Shown here one piece after another: positions 23,014-34,799 of a stretch of DNA of 64,000 nucleotides. Position numbers and translations under genes: made by a program. Every line of letters starts with the position of its first letter. The first letter of the stretch is position 1. The DNA is from Mobula hypostoma. Its lineage: Eukaryota. The DNA is taken from NCBI RefSeq assembly GCF_963921235.1, contig NC_086108.1, positions 100,938,001-101,002,000 on the forward strand, read 5' to 3'. The notes beneath the pieces are model-generated. The model saw only the letters and a list, made by a program, of their open reading frames with translations. It was not told where the DNA came from and did not search any database.

Positions 23014-26000
23014 GGAGGAGCTGATGATAGGGCAAAATTGCAGTCAACAGGATGAGTTGCAACATAAAAGGTGGACAAAATCGAAAAGGATGAATACAGG
23101 ACTGAAGGTGTTGCATTTGAATAGGCACAGAATACGGATTAAGGTAGATGAACTTGTAGCACAGTTGCAGATTGGCAGGTACGATGTTGTAGGCATCACT
23201 GAATAATGGCTGAAAGATCAGAGCTGGGAGTTTAATGTCCAAGGATACACATTGCATTGAAAGGACAGGAAGGAAGGCAAAGGAAGCGGTGTTGATCTGT
23301 TGGTACAAAATGAAATCATTAGAAAGAGGAGACATGGGGTCAGAAGGTGTTGAATCAATGTGGATAGAGCTAAGAAACTGTAACGGTAAAAAGACCCTGA
23401 TGGGAGTTGTACACAGACGCCCAAATAGTCGTAAGGATGTTGCCTACAAATTGCAATGGGAGATAGAAAATGCATGCCAGAAGTGCAATGTTACAATAGT
23501 CATGGGGGACTTCAATATGCAGGTAGATTGGGAAAATCAGGTTGGTGCTGGATTACAGGAGGGCAAATTTCTAGAATGCCTATGAGATGGCTTTTTAGAG
23601 CAGCTTGTGGTTGAGCCCACTACAGGATCAGCTATTCTGGATTGGGTGTTGTGCCAGAATTGATTAGAGAACTTATGGTAAAAGATCCCTTAGGGATAAG
23701 TGGTCATAATGTGATCGAATTCACCCTGAAATTTGAGAAGAAGCTGAAGTCAGATTTATCAGTATTACAGTGGAGTAAAGGGAATTACCGCAGCATGAGT
23801 GAGGAGTCGGCCAGAATTGATTGGAAAAGAACACTGGCAGGGATGACAGCAGAGCAGCGATGGCTGGAATTTCTGGAAGCAATGCGGAAAGGAAAGATGA
23901 CACAACAGTGCAAACAAAAGAAGTCAAAGCCAACATAAAAGCCAAAGAGAGGGTATATAATAGAGCAAAAGTTAGTGGGAAGTTCGTGGATTGGAAAGCT
24001 TTTAAAAACCAACAAAAGTCAACTAAACAAGTGATTAAAATGGTAAAGATGGAATATGAAATAAGCTAGCCAATAATATTAAAGAGGATACCTGAAGTTT
24101 CTTCAGATACATAGTGTAAAAGAAAGGTGAGAATGGATATTGGACTGCTGGAAAATGATGCTGCAGCGGTAGTAATGGGGGACAATGAAGTGGTGGGTGA
24201 ACTGAATAAGTATTTTGCATCAGTTTCACTGTGGAAGATGCTAGCAGTATGGTGGAAGTTCCAGGTGTCAGGGGTCATGAAGTGTGTGAAGTTGCCATTA
24301 CTAGAGAGAAATTTCATAGGAAACTGAAAGGTCTGAAAGTAGATAAGTCACCTGGACCATGTGATGTTCACCCCAGAATTCTGAAAAAGGTTGCTGAAGA
24401 GATCGTGAAAGTATTAGTAACAATTTTTCTAGATTCAATAGATTCTGGAATGGCTTTGGTAAATTGCAAATGTCACTCCACTCTTCAAGAAGCGAGAGGG
24501 GCAGAAGAAAGGAAACTGTAGGCCAATTAGTCTGACCTCAGTGGTTGGGAAGATGTTGCAGTTGATTATTAAGGATGAGGTCTCAGGGTACTTGGAGGCA
24601 GATGATAAAATAGGCTGTAATCAGCATGGTTTCCTCAAGGGAAAATCTCGTCTGACAAATCAGTTGGAATTCTTTGAAGAAATAACAAGCAGGATAGACA
24701 AAGGAAAATCAGTTGATGTGGTGTTTGGATTTTCAGAAGCCCTTTGACAAGGTGCTACACATGAGGCTGTTTACAGGAAAGATTCTAATGTGGATAAAGC
24801 AGTGGCTGATTGGCAGGAGGCAGTGTGGGAATAAAGGGAACCTTTTCTGGCAGGCTGCCGGTGATGAGTGGTGTTCCACAAGGGTCTGTGTTGGGACCGA
24901 TCCTTTTTATGTTATATGTCAATGATTTGCATGATGGAATTAGTGGCTTTGTTGCAAAGTGTACAGACGATATGAAGGTAGGTGGAGGAGCAGGTTTAGA
25001 TTTAAGGAAGTAGAAAGGCTACAGAAGGACTTAGACAGTGTATGGTCATGCACTTTGGTAGAATAAATGAAAGGGTTGACGATTTGATAAATAGGGAGAA
25101 AATACACAAAACTGAGGTGCAAAGGGTTGTGGGAGTCCTTGCGCAGGATTCCATAAAGTTTAATTTGCAGTTTGAGGACAGCAAATGCAATGTTAGCATT
25201 CATTTCAAGAGGATTAAAATATAAGAGCAAGAACATAATGTTGAACCTTTATCGAGCACTGGTGAGGCTTGGCTTGGGCCCCTTATTTTAGAAAGGATGT
25301 GCTGAAACTAGAGGGAGTTCAAAGGATTTTCACAAAAAATGATTCCAGGATTGAAAGGCTTGTCACATGAAAAGCATTTGATGTCTCTGGACCTGTATTC
25401 ACCAGAATTCAGAGGAATGAGGGGTGACCTCATTGAAACCTATTGCATGTTTAAAGCCCTTGATAGAGTGGATGTGGAAAGGATGCTTCCTGTGGTGTAA
25501 GAGTCCAAGACTGGAGGACACAGCCTCAGAATAGAGGGATGTCCTTTTACAAAGGAGATGAGGAGGAATTTCTTTTGCCAGAGAGCAGTGAATCTGTGGA
25601 ATTGTTTGCCACAGGCAGGTGTGAAGGCCAAGTCTTTATGTACATTTAAGGCAGAGGTTGATAGATTCTTGATTGCTCAGGGCATGAAGGGATATGGGGA
25701 AAAGGCCCGGAGACTGGGGCTGAGAGGAAAATTGAATCAGCCATGATGAAATGGTGAAGACTTGAAGGGCCAGATAGCCTAATTCTGCTCCTTATATCTT
25801 ATGGCCTTTCTATGGATGTGGTCTGACCGTAAGATAAAGGAGCAGAATTAAGCCATTTGGCCCATTGAGTCTGCTCCACCAGTCACCATAGCTTTTTTAA
25901 TATCTCTCTCAACACCATTCTCCTGCCTTCTGTCACTTTTGTTCTTATTTAAGAACTGCTAGTTTTGTGACAAGAGGCCTTGACAAAAGATGGTTGGACC

Positions 26001-26599
26001 TAAATGCTGGAGTGTCTGAAGTAAGGTTTGAGACACAGTATGATATTGGAATGATAAAAGAGCAGAAAACAATATGCTAGACAATATCTCTAGTTGAGTT
26101 TATGATTGAGCACTGAGGCTCTGTTCAGGTGCTCTTTAAATACTCAATTCTTGGTGCACAAAACATGATTGGACTGTGCTAGCTATCCATACTCCGGAGA
26201 GTTAGAGGGTCTAAAACCCAGAAGCTGGCATGGTTGGGGGCGCCTCATAACAAGTTTGGCTGCTTTGGTACTCCATTCAGTTCGATTATACTGTAATAGA
26301 ATCAGACCTTGCTCTAAGCAGCCATCCACTACTGGCAACCCAGTGTAGAATTTCAGGCACATTTGAAAACTGCTTCAGGCATGTTGTGTTTCATGTTGTT
26401 TGGCTTTTCAACTGTAAACTGCATGATTTCAAACAAGGAACAGAACATTTAAAAAAAAAGCTGCCCTCTCATTTCTTCTGGCTGAGGCTGAGGGAAAGAG
26501 GTGGGAGCTTTGGGCTCACCCTAGCTCCCATCACCTCCGGCCCTTTGTTTTCTCTTTGGAGGCAGCATCAATCATTTCTCCCTTGCATCATACACCAGG

Positions 26600-27600
26600 G
26601 TGCTCTCTTCGGTTACCTGATAAGGTAACAGTAACCTTTGGCCAGGGGCAGATGTTGTCAGGTGGTGCCCAACCTTCACTGAGTGTTTCAACTCTTAACC
26701 ACTACGCTCTCCAGTTGGGGCGGGGGGTTCAGCAGTGGTGGCCAAGTCACTGCCCATCTGTCCTGGACTTCCAGCTCAACTCCTCTCACCTGCTCCATAT
26801 CCTGCAAGATGTTCCTTCTGCTTCTTCCCCCATTCCGTGAGCTTCTTGGTTCTTGCATTTATCATCAAGGCCTAGTGCAGACAGTAACCACCACGCAGAC
26901 TTTGCCGGGAACCCTCTACAGCCATCTCCACGGGGAATAGCCACTCCTGCCATCCTTTGTCCCTGCACTCCTGGACTAAGGACTGGTACTTCGGGGCCTT
27001 CTTCCCATGATCCTCCTCACATCCTTCCTCCCCTGGTACTGTGAGCTCCACCAGGATGATTTTCTTGTCTTTGTTGGACCACTGTATGATGTCTGGTCGA
27101 AGTGTTGCTTGCACCACCTCCAGGAACTGCAACTTCTTCCCCACATTGACCCTCATCTCCCATGATTTGGCAGTTTGCATCAGATTGGTTTTAGGCCTCT
27201 TTGATATGACTGGAATGGCCCTCTCCTTGATGAAAATGGCTGCCCTGTTTGCCTCTCTGTCAGCTGGTCTCTTTTTACACCTCCCCTGCTCCAGTGTGTC
27301 AGCAAGGGACAGAAGGACCTTGTCGTGGCACCACCTGGATCATCTTTGTGTTAAAGCTACTTTGCGTCCTCATGGTACGTGTTCTAGTGAACCCCGCTGA
27401 CCACAAAGCTTGCAGTTAGGGTCCTCTCTCGCTTCCATGTGTGCAGCTGTGATGGTGTAGGGAGAGTGTCATGCATGAACTGTAGAAGGAAAGAAATGTG
27501 GAAGGGCTCGAGTCTCCAAAGCTCTGCCCGTGTGATCTTGCGCTTGGGAAGATCCCATTTTGTCCAGGCTCCCTGTGACACCCAACTCCACTGCTTTTGA
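26600..27600 (-). mobile_element. HERO/NeSL-like (R2-group, restriction-like endonuclease) non-LTR retrotransposon 3' fragment
   Basis: WTKWDL...DTLPTPSQLHTW...CKLCGQRGSLEH...RWCHDKVL...LRPDIIQWS...IILVELTVPGEE...KKAPKY: CCHC knuckle plus PD..(D/E) nuclease. Confidence 0.85.
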
Positions 27601-27706
27601 TAACCACCTTTTGCCCTCTCCTCAGCATCCTCTTGTTTTGGAAGAGGAATGCTTTATAGATGATGAAAGTTGGCAACACATAGGTTTGTAGATATGAGTT
27701 AATGTA

Positions 27707-28270
27707 CACTAAGTGGTTGCTTAATTGGGTAGACCTGTACACCTACTCGGTAATGCAGGTATCTAATCAGCCAATCGTATGGCAGCAACTCAATGCATAA
27801 AAGCATGCAGGCTGGTCAAGAGGTTCAGTTGTTATTCAGGCCAAACATTAGAATGGGTGAAGGAATGCGAGCTATATGACTTTGACTGTAGAATGATTGT
27901 TTGTGCCAGACGGAGTGGTTTGAGTTTCTCAGAAACTGTTGATCTCCTGGGATTTTCACACACAACATTCCCTAGAGCTTACAGAGAATGATGTGATAAA
28001 CAACAAAAAAAAATCCAGCAAGCGTCAGCTCTGTGGGCAAAAATGCCTCATTAATGAGAGAGGTCCGAGGAGACTGGTTCAAGCTGACGGGAAGGTGACA
28101 GGAAGGTGACAGGGACTTGCATTACAACAGTGGTGTGCAGAAGAGCATCCCTGCACTCATAACATGTTGAACCTTGAAGTGGATGGGCTACAGCAGCAGA
28201 AGACATGAACATGCATTCAGTGGCCACTCTATTAGGTATAGGAGGTGCGTAATAAAGTGGCCACTGAGTA
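27707..28270 (+). mobile_element. Non-autonomous Tc1-like element
   Basis: TA-flanked TIRs of CACTCAGTGGCCAC type; HTH remnant DFDCRMIVCARRSGLSFSETVDLLGFSHTT. Confidence 0.85.
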
Positions 28271-28699
28271 TATCTGCCAACAGTTAATATAATGCCCCTT
28301 CCAGCTTCAGTTAAAAAAAGGAAGTAGTTTCTTTGAACCATACTGTTAGCTAAAAGCAATAAAAGGGAAGAGGAAATGGCATTTCTCAAATCTGTTGTCA
28401 TCATGTGGTAAACCACTGTTCTAAGAACAATGAGGAAAGCAAAAATTGAATTTGTAATTTCATGGAAAATTTTGCCAACACAGCAAGGATACATCATGTG
28501 ATCCTTGTTGGTGTAAATTTGCAGGGCTGTTTCTGTTGATTGAAATAGTTGCTAAATGCGAGGTCAACATGAGGGTTACAAACGCTCAATCTGATAGAAA
28601 TTGCTAACAAGTAAGGCTGTAATTAAGAGGGGGAGAAACAAATCTTACAGTGAGATTGTAAGAAAATAATACAGCGAGAGATAATGATAGTGAAGAATT

Positions 28700-28915
28700 A
28701 ACACAAAAGATTTGGAGATGCTGGAAATCCAGAGCAACACATAAAAATGCTGGAGGAATTCAGCAGGTAAGGCAGCATCTAGGGAAAGGAATAAACCGTC
28801 GACATTTTGGGTCAAGACTCTGCTTCAGGAACATTAAGGAAGGGGGAAGATGCCAGACTAAAAAGGTTGGGGGGGGAGGGGAAGGAGGAGCAGCTAGAAA
28901 GCAATAGGTGAAGCT
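28700..28915 (-). mobile_element. Penelope pLTR fragment
   Basis: Same pLTR as other copies; decayed hammerhead motif at ~28796-28832. Confidence 0.75.
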
Positions 28916-29079
28916 GTCGATTCTAAAATACATGTACAGAGATTTTTCAACAAAATCCATTTGGCAATAAAGTTCAGTGATTTACTTTAAAGGTTATATT
29001 AAATTTCCAGTAATCCTGATGGTTCAACGTTGGGCTTATCTGCTGGGATTATTATTGTCCATCCTAATAATTTTCCACA

Positions 29080-29295
29080 TGGTAGTGTAGTGGTTTGCCT
29101 AACATTGTACAGCACCAGTGACCTGTCACTGCCTGTAAGGAGTTTGTACGTTCTTCCCGTGACTGCATGGGTTTCTTCTGGCTGCCCCAATTTCCTCCCA
29201 CGTTCCAAACGTGCACTGATTGGTAGGTTAATTTGTCACATTAGTGTAATTGGGCTGTGTGGCCATGCTGTATCTTTAAATAAAATAAATAAATA
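29080..29295 (+). mobile_element. V-SINE (HE1-like)
   Basis: GGTAGTGTAGTGGTT head, GGAGTTTGTACGTTCTTCCCGTGACTGCATGGGTTTC V-domain, (TAAA)n tail. Confidence 0.8.
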
Positions 29296-29479
29296 ATTGT
29301 TATTCATCAAGTGATTGTCAGCCACCTTCTTCATCTGGTGAAGGTACTCACTCACACTGTGCGATTGGCTGCGAAGATGGAAGGAAGGACATTGATGAGC
29401 AGTTGAAGATGGTTGGGTCCAGGTCACCATCCTGAGAAACTCCAGCAATGATATCCTGGGGCTGTGATGCCTGCAACCT

Positions 29480-29783
29480 TCCCTCTGCTAGCCTGCAAGT
29501 CACCCTTGGGCAATGTGTAGCCCCTGCTTAGCCACCCGATCAGGGTCATGTGAGCAGATGGTCATATCAGCAACTGGTGCATATCACAAGTCCTGGTTAT
29601 GTGACCACTAACACCAGGCAATCAATCTCGGAAGAGTATTGATAGTGGCTGGGATCACCCATTTTAGAAAGACACTGCTCAGAAGAAGAACAATGGCAAA
29701 CTACTGCCAACAACAGTCATGATCATGGAAAGCCCATGATCGTCCATGTCATACAACATGGGATATAACGAATGAACAAATGA
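29480..29783 (+). mobile_element. Probable non-autonomous RTE/BovB-related short element
   Basis: GAAGAACAATGGCAAACTACT resembles GAAGGCAATAGCAAACCACT (30575) of the neighbouring RTE; (CGAA/TGAA)-type tail. Confidence 0.5.
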
Positions 29784-30974
29784 AAAAGATCAATTAGAAA
29801 ATAGTGGTTAGGATGTGTTAAGCTTGGATTTTAACACTCACAATCTTACACAGTAATTTATGAGTGTTGCAAAAGAATGTTAAATGAGGTAATAACAGCC
29901 GTGAGCACCATAGCCCTACTGTCAGCACTGGGGTAATCAGCTGCGCACTAATGGTGGCTCTCATCATATTTAAGGGTCTATAGCAATTAAGTTTTAAAAA
30001 CTGAATCCACTTGTGCCAAGTGCTGATTAATAGATTTCACATAAGAAGCTTTATCATGAGATTATGCCCATCTTGCATTGACGTTCTGCCCAAAGCACTT
30101 TAGAAAGTTCAGTTCTGCTCACTTAAATTCACATCATTTCTTAATTTTCTAGTTTTTACTTTTACCTCTCTCTCTCTCTCTGCTTTTTCTAGTGCTATTT
30201 GCAAATATGTTGAGGTCTTGTAACCTTTTGTTTCTCATGGATATAGAGAAAGTAAACTTGCAATTAGTCCTGGGTATGACTCTAAACTGCAACCGGTGAT
30301 GAGACTCTGATTGGGGGCTTTCAGAGCTTTGAGGTAAGTGGAGTTACCCCTTAGTCATTAATTGCTCCCAGGGCCGCTCTGACCCGGAACGGTAGCACCT
30401 GGAAGGGTTCCTGCTCAGGATACGAGCGAAGGCCAACGGCAGATCCGGCAGGTTCAGTAACTGAACTTATGACGGAGAAGGCGGATGAGCTAGGACCTCA
30501 AATGTCAATGGCTATAGTACAGGCGGATGAACATTTGGGAAGAGAAATGGCGATTTCTTTAGTTCGCCCAAAGGAAGGCAATAGCAAACCACTGTTGCTA
30601 GATACTAGGTTTTCTAGAATCTATTTGCTAAGAAAACCATGATCAAACTCACAAAATGTATCACACAGCAACAGCGTCAAGAGGATCTTCAAGACAATTC
30701 TGAAGATGCTTCGCTCAGTAGGGTTGACCGTCATCAACTACTGCTCATAAAATTCAAGTAACACAAAAGAAAATTATCGTCACTTGGAATGTAAGAACCC
30801 TATATTAAGCAGGAAGATTGGACAACGTAATAAATGAAATGGAAAGACTAAAGATTAACATCATGGGAATTAGCAAAGTTTGTTGGATAGCTGCTGGAAC
30901 ATGTCAGAATAGAAATAAAACACTAATTTATTCTTGTGGAACATCCCATACTAATGGAGTAGGAATTCTTCTGG

Positions 30975-31793
30975 ATGTTTTATGGATATATATATATATA
31001 TTTTCTATCTTTTACAGTTTCAAAATAACAAAAAAGGAAAAGGGCCCAAAGCAAAAGTTTGGGCACCCTGCATGGCAGTACTTAGTAACACCCCCTTTGG
31101 CAAGTACCACAGCATGTAAATGCTTTTTGTAAGCCAGCTAAGAGTCTTTCAATTCTTGTTTGGGGGATTTTCATCCATTCTTCCTTGCAAAAGGCTTCCA
31201 GTTATGTGAGATTCTTGGGCCGTCTTGCATGCACTGCTCTTTTGAGGTATCTCCACAGATTCTCGATGATGTTTAGGTCGGGGGACTGTGAAGTCCATGG
31301 CAAAACCTTCAGCTTTCACCTCTTGAGGTAGTCCATTGTGGATTTTGAGGTGTGTTTAGGTTTATCATCCTGTTGTAGAAGCCATCCTCTTTTCATCTTC
31401 GGCTTTCTTACAGACGGTGTGATGTTTGCTTCCAGAATTTGCTGGTATTTAATTGAAATCATTCTTCCCTCTACCAGTAAATGTTCCCCGTGCTACTGGC
31501 TGCAACACAAGCCCAAAGCATGATTGATCCACCTCCATGCTTAACAGTTGGAAGGGGTACTTTTCATGAAATTCTGCACCTTTTTATCTCCAAACATACC
31601 TTTGCTCATTGCGGCCAAAAAGTTCTATTTTAACTTCATCAGTCCACAGGACTTGTTTCCAAAATGCATCAGGCTTGTTTAGATGTTCCTTTGAACCTTT
31701 TGAATAGAACTTTTTGGCCGCAATTCACAGTTGGTTACTATTCACAGTAACAGAAATTTTGACCAGGGGTGCCCAAACTTTTGCATACCACTG
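30975..31793 (-). mobile_element. Tc1 (DD34E) transposon remnant nested in the RTE
   Basis: Minus strand [19 protein letters not shown]; end TA-CAGTGGTATGCAAAAGTTTGGGCACCC; internal copy of the same motif at ~31051. Confidence 0.88.
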
Positions 31794-33101
31794 TACACCA
31801 ACAACAGATGGAACAAATGAGGATATAGATAAATTCTATGAAGACTTGAACAAGCAAAGAGTGGTTGTAAATCTCAAGATATTGTTACCGTCATGGGAGA
31901 TCTAAATGCTAAAGTAGGACAAGGTGCTGATGGAAATACCATAGGAAAATTTGGACTAGGGAAAGAAATGAAAGAGGTGAGAAATGGGTAGAATGGTGCA
32001 AGATTAATAATCAGGTCATTATGAATACCCACTTTATAAACCATTCAAGATGCTTATGGACCTGGAAAAGTCCAGGTGATAACACGAGAAATCAAATTGA
32101 CTTTATTACTATAAACCAAAGATTTAGGAACTCAGTGACTCAATGCAAAACATTGACTGTAGTGCAGACTGTAATAGTGATCATAACCCAGTAGTATGTC
32201 ATATAAAAGTAAAAGTTAAAAAAACTAAAGAAGCAAAAACCTGAACAATCCCTTGACTACTCGCAATTAATTAAAGAAGAAAACTTAAGACAAAAATTTA
32301 CAATTAAAGTAAGGAATAGATTCCAAAGTCTAGAAATAGAATCTGTTGAAGATGATAGCAATCATGTAGAAATGAAGTTTAACTCTCTAAAGGATGCCTT
32401 GGTAGAATCAGCAAAGTCAGTGATTCTTAAAAAAGTAAGACAGATGAAATCAAGAATCTAATGGAAGAAAGGAGACAGAAGAAAGCAAATCCTATAGAAT
32501 ATAAGTCCTTAGATAAAAAAGTTAAAAGCTTATGTCAAAAAGCCAAAGAAGAATGGTTAAACCAGGAAAGTGAGCAATTAGAAAGAATCCCTATTACTGA
32601 TCCAAAAAGGTTACACCAACAAATCAAGAATATCACTGGTAAAAAGCTCCTCTGTTCTTCAGGTGGATGTTTGAAAGCAAAGGGCGGTACCATTATCATG
32701 GGAAAAGATGAGAGTATGAACAGATGGACTGAGTATATTTAGGAATTGTTTGAAGACGATTGAGGCAAAAAACCAGAAATTAAGAAGAACATTGAAGGTC
32801 CAAGTATTTTAAAATCTTAAGTTCGTAATGCAATAAATAAGATGAAGAAAGGAAGGCAGCAAGTCCTGATGAATTAGAAATAGAACAAATTATCACCCTT
32901 GAACATTATGGAATTGAAAAACTTACTGATTTAATCAATGACATTTATGAGACAAGAATAATACCAGAAGAGATGAAAAAAATCAGTATTTATCACTCTT
33001 CTTAAGAAACCTGGAGCAATAGAATGTGAATTACATAGGACCGTAAGTTTAATGAGTCACATCACTAAGATACTTCTAAGAATTTTGATGACAAGAGCTT
33101 T

Positions 33102-33495
33102 TCACATCAAAGTTGCTGGTGAATGCAGCAGGCCAGGCAGCATCTCTAGGAAGAGGTACAGTCGATGTTTCGGGCCGAGACCCTTCGTCAGGACTAACTG
33201 AAGGAAGAGCTAGTAAGAGATTTGAAAGTGGGAGGGGGAGAAGGAGATCCAAAATGATAGGAGAAGACAGGAGGGGGAGGGATGGAGCCAAGAGCTGGAC
33301 AGTTGATTGGCAAAAGGGATATGAGAGGATCATGGGACAGGAGGCCCAGGGAGAAGGAAAAGATGGAGTGGGGGGGGGGGGAACCCAGAGGATGGGCAAG
33401 GGACAGAGGGAGAAAAAGGAGAGAGAGAGAAAGAATGTGTGTATATAAATAAATGCCCCACCTCCCCCTCATACCCCATCCGTTATTTATTTATT
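33102..33495 (-). mobile_element. Penelope pLTR nested in the RTE
   Basis: Least-decayed pLTR copy in the window; carries the hammerhead motif and an inverted terminal piece. Confidence 0.85.
33160..33195 (-). ncRNA. Minimal type-I hammerhead ribozyme motif
   Basis: Minus strand AGTC-CTGACGA-A-GGG-TCTCGG-CCC-GAAAC-ATC-GACT: stem I AGTC/GACT, core CUGANGA and GAAA, stem II GGG/CCC. Confidence 0.8.
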
Positions 33496-34249
33496 TGTTC
33501 TGTTTATCCAGTTATGTTATATGGCTCAGAATTTTGGACAATATTCTAGTAACATGAGGAAACGAATTGAAGCAGAAGAGATATGGTTTTTGAGGAGGAT
33601 GCAAAGAATATCATGGACGAAATGAGTATCTAATGGGGATGTCATGAACAGAGCAAGCACAAAAAGAGAAATAATGTATGAGATCATGAAAAGGCAACGT
33701 GACTTCATTGGACATGTGATTAGGAAAGAGGAGTTAGAATGCACGGTAATTATGGGAAAGATTGAAGGGAAGAAAGCAAGAGGAAGACAAAGACAAATGA
33801 TGATGGAGACAGCAGCCAGAGAATTGGAAATGAATGCCAATGAATTGATCCACTTGACCCGAAACAGGAGTGTGTGGGCCATGGTAGTCAAAGCTCAAAC
33901 TGGGCATGGCACCTGATGATGATGATGAAACTTGCAATCTTTGTTAGCATTTTTCCTGAGCTCTGTTCCCAAGGTAAGGATGAGGGAAAGTATGTATTTT
34001 TATCTCCAACCCCAGTTGCAACATTGTCAAAGGATTCAGCATGAAATAGACCAGATGAAAATATGAATGGAGGAGTAGCAAATTGAGATTAATTCAGACA
34101 AGTGTGAAGTGTTCAACTTTGGAAGGCCAACTGCAAGAGAAAAGTATGCAGTAAATGATGAGGAATTTTATTTCCGTCCAATATTTCACTGAAAGCCAAG
34201 TGATTTGCTTGGGTAATTTCCACAGACAGAAATAATTTGGTAGATGTGT

Positions 34250-34500
34250 AGCTTGGGTGGTAGATTTTTGAGTTAAGTTGTTCTCTGATTTTAGCAATTT
34301 ACTTGGAAATGTTTGATCACCATATGAGGAGACATCATCAGTGCACTGTTAATTTGTGGCTTGTCCTGCAAATGCCTGAGCATTCGAAGGACACACCACA
34401 AATGAACAGCACACTGGTGATGTTTCCTTGTATGGTGATGAATGTTTGCAATGATTGAAGAACAACTCAAACCAACCATTTCCACAGATATCTGTGGCTC
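34250..34500 (-). mobile_element. Old Penelope-like fragment of a second family, with decayed hammerhead (34306-34343)
   Basis: Minus strand CA-CTGATGA-T-GTCTCC-TCATAT-GGTGAT-CAAAC-ATT. Confidence 0.5.
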
Positions 34501-34799
34501 TTCAACTCTCTGATATCACAGGAGATATGTATAATCTGGAAGGTAGCACACATAAAAATTATATTGAAGGAAAATCATAAAAATTGGAAACCACTTTCAA
34601 ACTCCTCCATATCAGGAATTTGAGAATCCCATCGTGAATACTGAATCTGACACCCAGCACTCCACTGAAGCACTCGTCTGTGTCTTTGAGTCAATTGTAT
34701 TGTTATATAATATTTAGATAGCTATATTTCCTTTCTTAAAACTTTAGAGTCATACATCATGGAAATAGTCTGTTTAGCCCACCAAGGTCATGCTGCTCA

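Larger units (their letters stand above)
20400..25810 (+). mobile_element. Near full-length decayed CR1 LINE (5' UTR, ORF1 zinc-finger/esterase, ORF2 endonuclease-RT)
   Basis: ORF1 CSSCWM..CEKC, VCCLP.ARV.DI, VGTND, DGLHLN; ORF2 YDVVGITE, VMGDFN, KSPGP, QHGFLKGKS, SGVPQGSVLGP; many stops and frameshifts. Confidence 0.9.
30265..33927 (+). mobile_element. RTE-clade LINE with both ends intact, internally disrupted
   Basis: 11-bp TSD AAACTTGCAAT (30254-30264, 33928-33938); TWNVRTL, NGVGILL, MGDLNAKVG, TWKSPG...NQIDFI, SDH, HRTVSLMSHITK, LYGSE.WT, GKIEGKKARGRQR; (GAT)n tail. Confidence 0.92.
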
